Positions 1 through 12,300 of a stretch of DNA of 64,000 nucleotides are shown piece after piece (position 1 is the stretch's first letter; each line of letters opens with the position of its first letter). This stretch comes from Macrostomum lignano. Taxonomy: Eukaryota. The stretch covers positions 434,001 through 498,000 of the forward strand of contig NIVC01000421.1 of the NCBI GenBank assembly GCA_002269645.1, given 5' to 3'. The notes beneath the pieces are model-generated. The model was not told the origin of the DNA. It was given only the letters and a program-made list of their open reading frames with translations, and searched no databases. The translations under genes and the position numbers were made by a program.

Positions 1-120
1 TCGGTGAAGATTGGCAGATTCGGTGACGATTGGCAGATTCGGTGAAGATTGGCAGATTCAGTGACGATTGGCAGATTCAGTGAAGATTGGCAGATTCGGT
101 GAAGATTGGCAGATTCGGTG
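1..120. repeat. 20-bp tandem repeat (ttggcagattcggtga[a/c]ga), cut by window edge
   Basis: About 6 consecutive copies read directly. Confidence 0.9.
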
Positions 121-638
121 AGGCTAACCAAATCTACGGCCAAGATAATTTCTTTCTACAAAAAATAAGGCTTAAAAATATCATCAATTAAAAAAATAAG
201 CATTAATTTTATTTATTGAAGTTTCATAAAAACTGAAATTAACATTAAGAACGCTTGGTTACAGTCAATTTCAACATTTTATAAGCAAATAATGCACTAA
301 AATGCAAGTAAAGAAATTAGTAAGTTTCGAACTCGACTACAATTAAAGACATACAAGACGTAGACGTACTTGATTAAAATGTTTGTTATGTTTCTAGGAT
401 AAATTGTTAAAGTTAATAAAAAACAATTACAATAAAGTATAAGATTGGACATAAATCAACCAGATAGTAGATACCATAGATACGAGAATGACTATGCAAC
501 TAAAATAGTTAAAAAGTAGAGCGTCTACTCTTTTTCTTAATAGTTTGTCTGCGCAGTGTCATTTAAATTAATGTGGCAGCTAAAATGACCTTTCCTTCCT
601 AGGTTTTGCAGCCTCAGGAGCATATGGGGTTAAGACTA

Positions 639-2058
639 ATGTAGCTTTTTGCAGCCCATTTGGGCTTACACACATTGGATTCAATCCAATATACGTTTGC
701 CAATGTAACGGAGCTTTTGTCTATGGTAGCAAGGCTGCCACAGCGGCATTTAACTTGGTCCAACAAGCATCAATTTGGTCCAAACGCTCGCTCGTGAGCC
801 ATTCGGCAAACTCTTGCTTTTGGCAACTGCCTGCAGGTTGTTGCGTACCGCTGGAATGTCAGCGTCTCCACCAACAATTTTCTGTCGCCTTTCCACAGCT
901 CTCTGTAAACCATCTTTTCTTTGAACCATATGCTGGGCTGTCGAACCATTGGCTTGTGATTGAAGCACTGAACAGAGGTGAATACCCAAAGGACATTGCA
1001 AGGCTGCTGAATGTAAAAGAAAATATGGTTTACAGCATCCATCAGCGCGTTGAAACCACTGGCGGCAGAGGTCGCCTGCGAAAGGGTGGCAATCGCCAAG
1101 GCAAGTTGCGAGAGCCTCAGGTCCAACTGCTACTCGATGCAGTTGAGAAACCCTTTGTTAACGGTGCAAAAATGCAGCAGAAGCTGAAGGAACAGTTCCA
1201 GTTGGTTATCAGATTTCGACTATTGGCAGTGCTATGGAAAAGCGACTGGAAACTGCTGGTAGAGACGCTGAAATTCCAGCCGTTGCGAAAGGCAGTTGCG
1301 AAAAGGCAAGAGTCTGCCGAATGGCTCACGAGCGTTTGGACCAAATTGATGCTTGTTGGACCAAATTGATACTTGTTGGACCAAATTGATGCTTGTTGGA
1401 CCAAATTGATACTTGTTGGACCAAATTGATACTTGTTGGACCAAATTGATGCTTGTTGGACCAAATTGATACTTGTTGGACCAAATTGATGCTTGTTGGA
1501 CCAAATTGATACTTGTTGGACCAAATTGATACTTGTTGGACCAAATTGATGCTTGTTGGACCAAATTGATGCTTGTTGGACCAAATTGATACTTGTTGGA
1601 CCAAATTGATGCTTGTTGGACCAAATTGATGCTTGTTGGACCAAATTGATACTTGTTGGACCAAATTGATGCTTGTTGGACCAAATTGATTTGTTGGACC
1701 AAATTGATGCTTGTTGGACCAAATTGATGCTTGTTGGACCAAATTGATACTTGTTGGACCAAATTGATGCTTGTTGGACCAAATTGATGCTTGTTGGACC
1801 AAATTGATACTTGTTGGACCAAATTGATGCTTGTTGGACCAAATTGATACTTGTTGGACCAAATTGATGCTTGTTGGACCAAATTGATGCTTGTTGGACC
1901 AAATTGATGCTTGTTGGACCAAATTGATACTTGTTGGACCAAATCAAATGCCACTGTGCCAGCCTTGCTACCATAGACAAAAGCTCCATTGCATTGGCAA
2001 ACGTATCTTGGATTAAATTCAATGCGCGCAAGCCCAAATGGGCTGCAAAAAGCTATAG
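639..2058 (+). mobile_element. Non-autonomous Tc1/mariner(IS630)-like DNA transposon with long TIRs and an N-terminal transposase (HTH) remnant
   Basis: 639-~915 is the reverse complement of ~1215-1345 plus ~1925-2058 (e.g. gctttttgcagcccatttgggc / gcccaaatgggctgcaaaaagc). TA flanks both ends (637-638, 2059-2060). The interior encodes VIEALNRGEYPKDIARLLNVKENMVYSIHQRVETTG...GGNRQGKL, resembling a Tc1/IS630 HTH. No DDE domain is present. Confidence 0.75.
1336..1943. repeat. 20-bp satellite (cttgttggaccaaattgat[a/g]), about 30 copies, inside the right TIR
   Basis: Direct reading. The left TIR has only about 1.5 inverted units (tggtccaacaagcatcaatttggtccaa, ~746-783). Confidence 0.95.
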
Positions 2059-2114
2059 TAAACAGCAATCATTTAACTCGATGTACACAAGTGAACGCAA
2101 GACAGACGAAACAG

Positions 2115-2500
2115 CCTAGGGGGGGGGGAGGTACAATCTAGTTCAGCCATTGAGAGAGCAGTAAAGACTGGCGAATGTTAGACGGACGAAACTCAGACTA
2201 GGGGGCAGGCCCAATCTAGCTCAGCCAATGAGAGGGCAGAAAGGAGAGAGGGCAAATTCAGACAAACGAAACTCAGCCTATAGGGGGGGGGGCAGGCCCA
2301 ATCTAGCTCAGCCAATGAGAGAGCAGAAAGGAGAGAGGGCAAATTCAAACGAAACTCAGCCTAGGGGGCAGGCTCAATCTAGCTCAGCCAATGAGAAAGC
2401 AGTAAGGAGAGAGGTAAAAGTCAGACGGACGAAACTCAGCCTAGGGGCAGGCCCAATCTAGCTCAGCCAATGAGAGAGCAGTAACGAGAGAGGACAAAGC
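2115..2500. repeat. About 70-80-bp tandem repeat containing gggggcaggcccaatctagctcagccaatgagag
   Basis: About 5 diverged copies read directly. Confidence 0.85.
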
Positions 2501-3499
2501 CCGACACCAGTGGACAAGAGGAAAGAACTGTTTATTGACCTGACTTGGTGCACCACTTTTTGCTAGAAGTAATTTTGCTACTGAACAAAGACCAGATAAG
2601 CGGATTTTTGCGAGTGACATATATAGATATTGAAGTATCTGTGGCATATACTAAATAATAACGACAATAATAATAAAACCGTACAGTATAGAAGTTTAAA
2701 ATTGTACACATCATTCCTGGGGCAGATTTCCCATCGGCAATCAGTTGAAATAATTGCTGACAGAAAAACTAGGAAAATAATCAAAGCAACTGACATATAT
2801 AGCAATTTCCATTTATTATAAATATTTCATAATCTGTTTTTCTTCTGCCGCTATTTGTAATTTGGAGAAGCAATTTTAGGCATATAGCCACAGCCGCGCA
2901 AAGGGGTCAAGCCAACGTTTAGTAAAAACACACCTGCGCTTTTTAACAAGCTAGAGGTGAATGGGACATTTTTGTCTGACTAAGTGTTCATACTAAAGAG
3001 TAGGCCTATACATATTTGTTTGCTTTATCAGTAAACTGAAAGACAACATAAAAAAGATTGTATTTTCGCTAGCTTGTAACTAAAATAATATATTTTAGTT
3101 TTAAATTGTTGAACGAAATATTGACATTGTGTATACAGTGTAGGTTCAGTAGAATTAGAAGTATAAAATGGTTAATCTTGTCTTACTGGGACAAGAGATT
3201 TAGGCGAGAAATACATATGTTCAATATGGGGATATCTAATAAGCAGAACACAATAGCACGAGAGTAGAGAGGAGAGAGGAGAGTAGGGAGAGTAGAGAGG
3301 AGAGTACAGAAGAGGAGAGGAGAGGAAGTAAGGAGTAGGGAGGAGAGTGAAGGAGGCAATTTAAGTCAAATTGACTTAAGTCTAAATAAAATAAAAAATA
3401 AAATTAAAAATAAAAATAGGCAGATAGACAGACATTGCCCAACTTAGAATAAGTAAATAGAACTAAATCAAGCCTACACGCACACAATATAGACCAGCC

Positions 3500-6400
3500 T
3501 CACTCAGCTTTAGTATCTTTATAAACATACACCGACTGTTCTGTCAGGCAGGCGAGGAACCGGCCATGCCTGACTGGCGCAATGTCCAGCACTGGACTGG
3601 GCAGTCTAGCCATGGACTGCAGCTTCTCTCCAGTTGCCGCGTCCCACAGGTTTAACCTACAGGTAGCTTCATCTCCGGCCGCCACGGTCAGAGCTCCGCC
3701 GGATCTGCTAGCCTGTTGAAATAGTCGACTCCTAGCTAGGAGCTTCATCGATTGGCCAGCTCGAATTCGACTCAGAGGTCTCAGTGCGGATTCCATGGTT
3801 GCTGTCGAATCGCTGCTATCAGCGCTGGTGCGAATGAAATCTAAACTGTAGACGGAGTGCTCAACACCCGGACGTTGCTGCTGCGGCTGCTGTTGCTGGT
3901 GGTTGGCAGTCGGTCGGTGAGTCAACAGGACGTGTCGACTGTCTGGATCTGCGGCCAGCCAAGCCAGCTGTTGACCGCTGCCAGGGCCGGGCATCGGGAG
4001 CAGTGCGGCCTGGTGATTGTCGGCTTCGGTTGCTGCTGCTGCGGCTGCGGCGACTGCCGCTGGCCGACGGTAGAGACTCAGCCGATCAAACTGGCCGGCT
4101 AGCAAAGCTGATGGTGCAGCGACGCCTGCGGCTGGGGCACCGGCTGGCAGCTGGCGGTATGGGGCGGTTTTTGGTAGCTTTTAATGGGGCGGATTTAGAA
4201 GATTGTTATAATGAGGGGGCGGGTTTAGTAGATTTTTATAATGAGGGGGGCGGGTTTAGTAGATTTTTATAATGAGGGGGCGGATTTAGTAGATTTTTAT
4301 AATGAGGGGGCGGGTTTAGTAGATTTTTATAATGAGGGGGCGGGTTTAGTAGATTTTTATAAGGAGGGGGGCGGGTTTAGTAGATTTTTATAATGAGGGG
4401 GCGGGTTTAGTAGATTTTTATAAGGAGGGCGCGGATTTAGTAGATTTTTGTGAGGGCGGATTTAAAGAAAACTGGAAGGGCGCATTTTTTAATTAACGGG
4501 CGGATTTTTAAATAATTTTTTAAGGGGCGGATTTTGTCGATTTTGACAAAGGAGGGGATTCAGATTTTTCAAGGAGAGGGGCGCCGCCGCACTCACCGAA
4601 GCCATAGACACCACCGAGGTGACACTGGGCGGCTCTTCGGCGCACGGCAGCACGCTCACGTGACTGCCAATGTGACGCATATCGAAGCACATCACCCTGC
4701 CATTGGCTAGGCCTGCATAGAACTGATTGGGATCATACGGACTCCAGCAGCAGGACCACACAGCTGTGGGGCAATCGAAATAGCAAACAGTCTGCTCGGA
4801 GTGAAAGCCGGTTAACCTGATCTGCTTGTCCATGCTGGCGGTGAGCAGCAGGGTGCCCTCGGGATTAAAGCAGGCATCCCGCAGTTTATTAGTGTGCAAA
4901 TGAATGTAGCTGGAATTGCGAAAGTCTACTAAATCCAACTTGCGAAGGCCGTAGCCGCGGAATAGAGGATTTCGGCTAGGCTGGGAGATGCACAGCACGT
5001 TGAGCTGCTGGTTGAGAGCTAGTACTCGGCACTCGCCTACCTGGGAAGCGCAAAGAGGCGGTTGATTAGTTAGGGAGATCTCCTATTGACTTGGAGGGAA
5101 TCATGACCCATTCTAAACATACACATCTATAGGGATCATGACCCTTTCTAAGCACATCTATAGGGATCATGACCCATTCTAAACATACATCTATAGGGAT
5201 CATGACCCATTCTTTAAGAAGCGTCTATAGGTATAATGATTCATTCTCAACGTACATCTATAGGGATAAAAATACCCATTCTAAACAGACATCTATAGGG
5301 ATCATGACCCATTCTAAACAGACACAGCTATAAAGATCAAGACCCATTAAACAGACACATCTATAGGGATCATGACCCATTCTTAAGAAGCGTCTATATG
5401 GGTCATTACCCATTCTTAGCAGACACATCCATGAGGATCATGACCCATTCTTTAAGAAACACCTACGATATAGCGGTCATGACCCATTCTTTATCTTTCA
5501 GGGTTCATGACCCATTCTTTATCTGAGGATCAAGACCCATTCTTAACAGAAACATCATGACCTATTCATTCATCGGATCAGAAGCAACTCTAGACATAAG
5601 AGTCGTACAAACTGGTAACCCGAGGACCTCGCATCCACCCACCTGAGAAATCATGACATTGTCTTCCAAATTATAAGAGCAAGTCTCGCCGCCAGCATCG
5701 GTCAGATCAATAGTCAGCTTGGAAGAATGACTTCGATAGAACTCCAATTGGCGAGATAGTCGCCTGTTCTCATCTCTGAGCATGTCTAGTCTCAACCGCA
5801 TGTCCCCAGCCTCCTGCTCGGCGGTTAGTTTAGCTCGTTTAATCTTGTCAATCTCGAGTTTTAGAGCTTCATTCTCGCTATTATCTACAGCTCTGAGATT
5901 GGTAACATACAAGGGCAGCACTTCGTGACGTCGGCAATTTCTATTGCACTGCGGGCACTGTTGCCGGGTTTCTAACCAACGCTCGACGCAAGATTTGCCA
6001 AACAGATGGCCGCAACGCAACGCGCAGACTCGATGCTCGCCAGACGATGTCCAGGGCTCAAAACAGATTGTGCAACCTTCATCTGCAGGTTGAGGAGGAC
6101 TTGAAGAAGCCGCCGTTGTACCACTTCCAGACGGTCCTTCACCGTCGCTTAATCGACGCTTCTTAACGATAACCCTGGAGTTGGATGCCCCAGATTCCGG
6201 ATGCGAATCAAGCCGTTGCTGTTGTCGTCTACGCGAAGAAGTTCTAGCATCTGGAGGAGCCGTAACTCTTCGACGACTATTACTAGTTGAACGTCTCAGA
6301 TCGTCAATGACAAGGAAATCGTCCAGTTCATTATCATCATTATCAAGATCTTCAATCATTATAGGCTGCGGCAGATGGATTTGACCAGGCACATCATCTG

Positions 6401-6812
6401 TCAAATCAATAATCTCGCCAACGAGAGCGTCGTTCTGTGGTTCATTATCATAATTATCTGCATCATTATCGTTATTATTGTTATTAGTAGTGGCATTCGC
6501 ATTCTCATCGTTAATATCGATAACAACGTTAACTTCCTGTTGTTCTGTTTCGTTATCATCTTGTTGAGCTTGTTCAGTGGCTAAACCAACAGTGGGATTC
6601 TGATTACCATCCTCCAGTACTACGGATGATGTTTCTGACGTGTCCGAGCGCGATTCAAACAAAGAAGCTGAGGAGGAATTGCCATCAGCATGGTTAATAT
6701 TATTATTGTTGCTGTTCCTGTTGCTTTCAGTATTAGTACTACTACTATTCTGTGACGTGGATGGCCCACCGTATATAAGATTCGGAGCCGAAATACTGAC
6801 ACCCTCTGCCAT
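3500..6812 (-). CDS. RFWD3: RING-finger and WD40 E3 ubiquitin ligase, RFWD3-like, 3 exons, about 754 aa
   Basis: Exons 6812-5643, 5040-4597, 4150-3500, all phase 0 with GT-AG. Acidic low-complexity N-terminus, RING CTICFEPWTSSGEHRVCALRCGHLFGKSCVERWL...CPQC, coiled coil, then WD40 repeats (LLLTASMDKQIRL, AVWSCCW, FYAGLANGRV). This is the RFWD3 architecture. Confidence 0.9.
4190..4470. repeat. About 30-bp minisatellite (gatttttataatgagggggcgggtttagta) in RFWD3 intron 2
   Basis: Direct reading. Confidence 0.9.
5100..5560. repeat. About 30-bp diverged minisatellite (atagggatcatgacccattct...) in RFWD3 intron 1
   Basis: Direct reading. Confidence 0.85.
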
Positions 6813-7209
6813 CACATACGAAATCCAACCAATCTTTCAGTAGCTGTCAACGATAAGTTGCTATGCCGGCACTTGCTGGTTCCTTGGCTATCGAGGTCTT
6901 AACTTGTAACAGCTGGGGATCTGAAATGCAGGAAAGGTGAAAAATTCCTCGAAAATTATAGGTGCATTTAAAACTATCGTTATTGCAGACTTACTGTCAC
7001 ATCTAAGCCAATGTGATTCCTTTCTTGGTGTGGACTGCCCAGTGAGCTAAAATGGAGGCTTATGCACTAGCCGGGTGTGTTCCTGATTATATGTAATTGC
7101 TTATAATTACAGCAAGACTTGCTTGCGTAATCCTAAACTTCGTCTGGAGAAGAGATTGCCAAAAACATAAATCATGCTTACATCATTGCCTTAACATCTC
7201 TATTTAACT

Positions 7210-7291
7210 ACCTACCTACCTACCTACCTATTTATCTATCTGTCTATATATCTGTCCATCTATCTATCCATCTATCTATCTATCTATCTAA

Positions 7292-7326
<35 letters not shown>

Positions 7327-7337
7327 GCTATCAATCA

Positions 7338-7379
<42 letters not shown>

Positions 7380-7384
7380 TTATC

Positions 7385-7415
<31 letters not shown>

Positions 7416-7447
7416 CTAGCTATCTATCTATCTATCTATCTATCTAG

Positions 7448-7490
<43 letters not shown>

Positions 7491-7541
7491 GCTATCTATC
7501 TATCTATGTATCTATCTATCTATCTATCTATCTAGCTATCA

Positions 7542-7590
<49 letters not shown>

Positions 7591-7597
7591 GCTATCA

Positions 7598-7632
<35 letters not shown>

Positions 7633-7653
7633 GATCGATCGATCTATCTATCC

Positions 7654-7718
<65 letters not shown>

Positions 7719-7724
7719 GCTATC

Positions 7725-7755
<31 letters not shown>

Positions 7756-7790
7756 CTATCTATCCATCTATCTATCCATCCATTTATATC
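7210..7790. repeat. (CTAT)n microsatellite
   Basis: Direct reading. Confidence 0.97.
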
Positions 7791-8619
7791 AGGATTTATC
7801 TTCGCACTCATTTTTTTCTTCAAATCAACAATGCTTTATGCACTGTTAATTAAATCATCGATAAAATGGTCAAAGAAAATTAGGTGAACAACTTTTCTTT
7901 CAATAACTTCGCGCAAATGAAAAAACGGTCCGAGCCAAAAAATCTAAATATAATTTTTCTAAAGTACATCTCAGAATCTTAAACTGCTATATTTGAACGT
8001 CATTGAATTATAATGAATGGCATTCAGATCAAATAAAAAGTTTGTAAAACAAATAATGTATCAAATATGTTCGTTAAGTTGTAATTCAACTGTGTTAAAT
8101 TAGAAAAATATCAATCACTTAGATAAAAATATGGGGCGATAGCCAACACTTTCAGATTCAGCTGGACAAGAGACAGAATGCACTGCATTGATTTAACTGT
8201 AACGGACAAAAATGAAATCAATTTCCTCCTGACTTGCATAGTTAGTTTGGAATTTCAATTATAGCATGTTTATTAATGCCTGCTAAAAAATAAATAAATA
8301 ACTTTGGCAGCTAAAAACTGATTGAGATTTCTATTAAAAGACAAAATTTTTAAGTAACACTTAGATTAGCTAGTATAAAAAGCACTCTAGATTGGAGCGA
8401 GTATTGCGATTCAGTTTGAAAAATGGCTGCTCTAACAGCCGATGATCGAATGTTTCTTTTTGTGGCAATGACGTCACTGAAACATCAGAGAGTTCAAGCT
8501 CGATATGCTGATTTGACATGCAGATATTTTCAGGCCTGAATTTGATATAAAGTCTGACAGTGGAGCATGAGATGCTGTGTTTTATAGATAGCTGGACTGG
8601 AAGCCAGTAAGAAAGACTC

Positions 8620-9235
8620 ACCAGACAGATGGACATGTGGACACTTAGACAGGCAGACACTTGGACAGATAGATAGACATTATGACAGGCAGACACTTGG
8701 ACAGATAGATAGACATTATGACAGGCAGACACTTGGACAGATAGATAGACATTATGACAGGCAGACACTTGGACAGATAGATAGACATTATGACAGGCAG
8801 ACACTTGGACAGATAGATAGACATTATGACAGGCAGACACTTGGACAGATAGATAAGACACTATGACAGACAGGCAGACACTTGGACAGGCCGACAGACA
8901 CTAGTACAGATAGATAAGACACTATGACAGGCAGGCAGACACTAGGACAGATAGATAAGACACTATGACAGGCAGACAGACACTAGGACAGATAGATAAG
9001 ACACTATGACAGACAGACACTTGGACAGGCAGACAGATACTAGGACAGATAGATAGGACACTATGACAGGCAAACAGACACTAGGACATGCAAGCATGCA
9101 GACACTAGGACAGACAGACACTTGGACAGGCAGACAGACAGACACTAGGACAGATAGAAAGGACACTATGACAGGCAAACAGACACTAGGACATGCAAGC
9201 ATGCAGACACTAGGACAGACAGACATGCTAGGACA
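8620..9235. repeat. About 36-40-bp GACA-rich minisatellite
   Basis: Units such as agacaggcagacacttggacagatagatagacattatg. Confidence 0.9.
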
Positions 9236-9344
9236 GAGAAGAGCGGTCAGGGCAGCAGTGAGTAAGATAAGTGGTTTACAACCTTAAGCCTAGAAAAAAT
9301 CGAGTCGTCTAGGTTAGGGTTCGGAGGGCATTGCACTGCTGCAA

Positions 9345-12300
9345 TTACCAGTCCAGCTGCACAGGATATTTCCCTGTCAGACAGGCATCACAATGTCCAA
9401 TAGGGTTGCTGGTGCACCCAGCCGAGACAGCCTTGTGCAGTCCTTCAACGCTGAGATAGGCTAAAGAATCCGCGTTCAAAGCTCTTCGAAGCTGCTCCAA
9501 CGTGAGCTTATTAGCGATGAGCTCCTCTTTAGTAGGGATATTAATCCCCATATAGCAGGGATGACGTAGAGGCGGACTGGCAATACGAATATGCACCTCG
9601 GATGCACCTCGGGATCTTAGCAGGCTAACAATGGGACCCATTGTGTTGCCCCGAACAATGGAGTCGTCAATGAGCACGATGCGCTTATCGCGTACGTTCT
9701 CTTCGATGACGCCGAATTTTTTTGCTACGCCAACTTGACGCAGCAGATTGCTGGGCTGGATGAAGGTGCGACCGATGTAGCGGTTCTTGCAGAATACCTG
9801 AGGGCAGATGGGGTCGGGTTAGAGTGGGCTCTGACACTAGGAGGCTGGCCCAGCAACTGAGGATCTGGGAGGCTGGCCCAGCAACTGGGAATCTGGGAGG
9901 CTGGTCCAGCAACTGAGGATCTGGGAGGCTGGCCCAGCAACTGAGTATCTGGGAGGCTGGCGCAGTAACTGAGGATCTGGGAGGCTGGCGCAGCAACTGA
10001 GGATCTGGGAGGCTGGCCCAGCAACTGAGGATCTGGGAGTCTGGCCCAGCAACTGAGGATCTGGGAGGCTGGCTCCCAACGGGCCTAACAGTGAGGAGTT
10101 CCACTTGGATAACCCAAGACACCGAGAACATTGCAAAGAGAACTGCAGCAAACCTCCACATAAGGCAGTCCGCAGGCGCTGGCATAGCCCATGGCAGCTG
10201 GAGTGGCAGACTCTGGCACTGTAGAAACCAAATCTACTGAACAGGGACTCTCGCTAGCCAACTGAGCACCGCATCGACGTCTTACAGAATAAACCTAAAT
10301 GAGAAAAGAATAGAGAAAATTCGCATAATTTGCTACTCGGTAAGTAGGGGTTAAGGAAAACAGGATATTATTTGATTACTGATTTCGTGCTGTGGGCAAG
10401 ACAGCCCCGATGAAAATGGTACCTAGGTCAACAAGCGTCTCTGAGTCACTGGGGTCGTTTCAGAGTCTTTGCAGGGAACACAGGCAAAATAGAAAAGAAG
10501 TTACTCTACCGGTAAGACAACTCTAAAACGATGAGATGTCTATAATGACTCTAAAGGGGGGCTTCTATAATGACTATCAAGAGGGCTTCTATAATGACTC
10601 TAAAGGGGGGCTTCTATAATGACTATCAAGAGGGCTTCTATAATGACTCTAAAGGGGGCTTCTATAATGACTCTAAAGGGGGGCTTCTATAATGACTATC
10701 AAGAGGGCTTCTATAATGACTCTAAAGGGGGCTTCTATAATGACTCTAAAGGGGGCTTCTATAATGACTCTAAGGGGGGCTTCTATAATTACTCTAAGGG
10801 GGCTTCTATAATAACTCTAAAGGGGGCTTCTATAATGACTCTAAGGGGGGCTTCTATAATGACTCTAAGGGGGGCTTCTATAATTACTCTAAGGGGGGCT
10901 TCTATAATAACTCTAAGGGGGCTTCTATAATGACTCTAAAGGGGGCTTCTATAATGACTCTAAGGGGGCTTCTATAATGACTCTAAAGGGGGCTTCTATA
11001 ATGACTCTAAGGGGGGCTTCTATTAATGACTCTAAAGGGGGCTTCTATAATTACTCTAAAGGGGGCTTCTATAATGACTCTAAGGGGGCTTCTATAATGC
11101 TAGAGAAGCGCCCTTAGAGGTGTCCCCTCACCGTCGCATTGCTGTCGTTTGAGTCGTTGGACCTGCTTTAAAATTAACTAACACACATGTTAGTTAACTA
11201 GCCTACCATGTAAAAGGAATGATAAGATGCGCATATTTCTACTCATAAGTAGGAGACACGGAATAAAACTCGACGTGCTGATAATTTACCTGCTGACCCT
11301 CGAATTGAGAATCCGGCCGAGCAAAGTACACGTACTCAAATATACACATAGCGGGCAAAACCGCGGTAGACTCAGACGCCCCAGTTGCATTGCTACTAGA
11401 AGAAGCAGACGGTCGGGGTACGATGGCGCAGGTTTCAATAGTACTGGCGGCGCCAGACAATTCAGGCTGTTGTTGAATCGACAGGCGAACAATTTCGCCT
11501 GGTTGAACTTCGCGAAGCAGCCTAGTGCTGGTGGATTGGAATGCGCAACTCTCGGACGATACAGCGTAGCCGATGACTTCGCTGCGATATGAGAGAGTGG
11601 AAATTTGGCTTGTGAGTAAATTATAATGCGACTTGTTAGGAGGCAGAAGGGTTGAAGAATGTGCAGAATTAAACTGACTTTAGCAGAGGGAACAGAAAGC
11701 CTAAAGGAAGAATTTATGGGGGAAAAGAGGGGAATGGGAATTTGAGAAGAGAAACCTTGTGTAGGAGACTGGAGAATGATGTGATAGGAGGGAAATTAAA
11801 GGGAAGTGGGATATAGGGAAAGAGGGGGAAACAGGGAAAGGGAAACAGGGAGAGAGGGAGAGAGAGAGACAGGAAGACAGGGAGAGAGGGAGACAGAGAG
11901 AGAGGGAGACAGGGAGAGAGGGAGACAGTGTGATAGCTTGGCCTGCGTGCGCGCTGGGGGTGGGGCTGGGTTGCGTTGTTTTGGTTTCTCTCTCTCTCTC
12001 GCTGCATGTACTTGCTAGCGTGGGTTGGGGGGGGGGTGCGGTGAGTATGCCGATCGATAACAAATAGTTCAATATAAAGCAGGCATTCTGGCCTGCTATG
12101 TTTTTCGTGCTTTTGAGCCAAAATAAAGTTTTGTCTTGACATTATTTTACTGGCGACGAGGATGGCCACTGGGCCACTGTGTAGCATAGGGCCGTTTGAG
12201 CCTGAAACAGAGGACTGGCCGCAATACAAGGAGCGCATTGAACAAGTGTTCATTGCAAACGAAATCGAAAGCGAAGAGAAGAAGCGAGCGGTATTCCTCA

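Noticed and set aside
1117-2068. Long - strand ORFs (306, 278, 198 aa)
   Set aside because: These are read-through of the 20-bp satellite; the peptide simply cycles through frames.
6813-9344. PPAT-RFWD3 co-oriented pair as a trans-spliced operon
   Set aside because: The acceptor upstream of RFWD3 (~6922) has a matching cis donor (~6993), which explains it as a short 5' UTR intron. The 2.5-kb gap gives no positive evidence for polycistrony.
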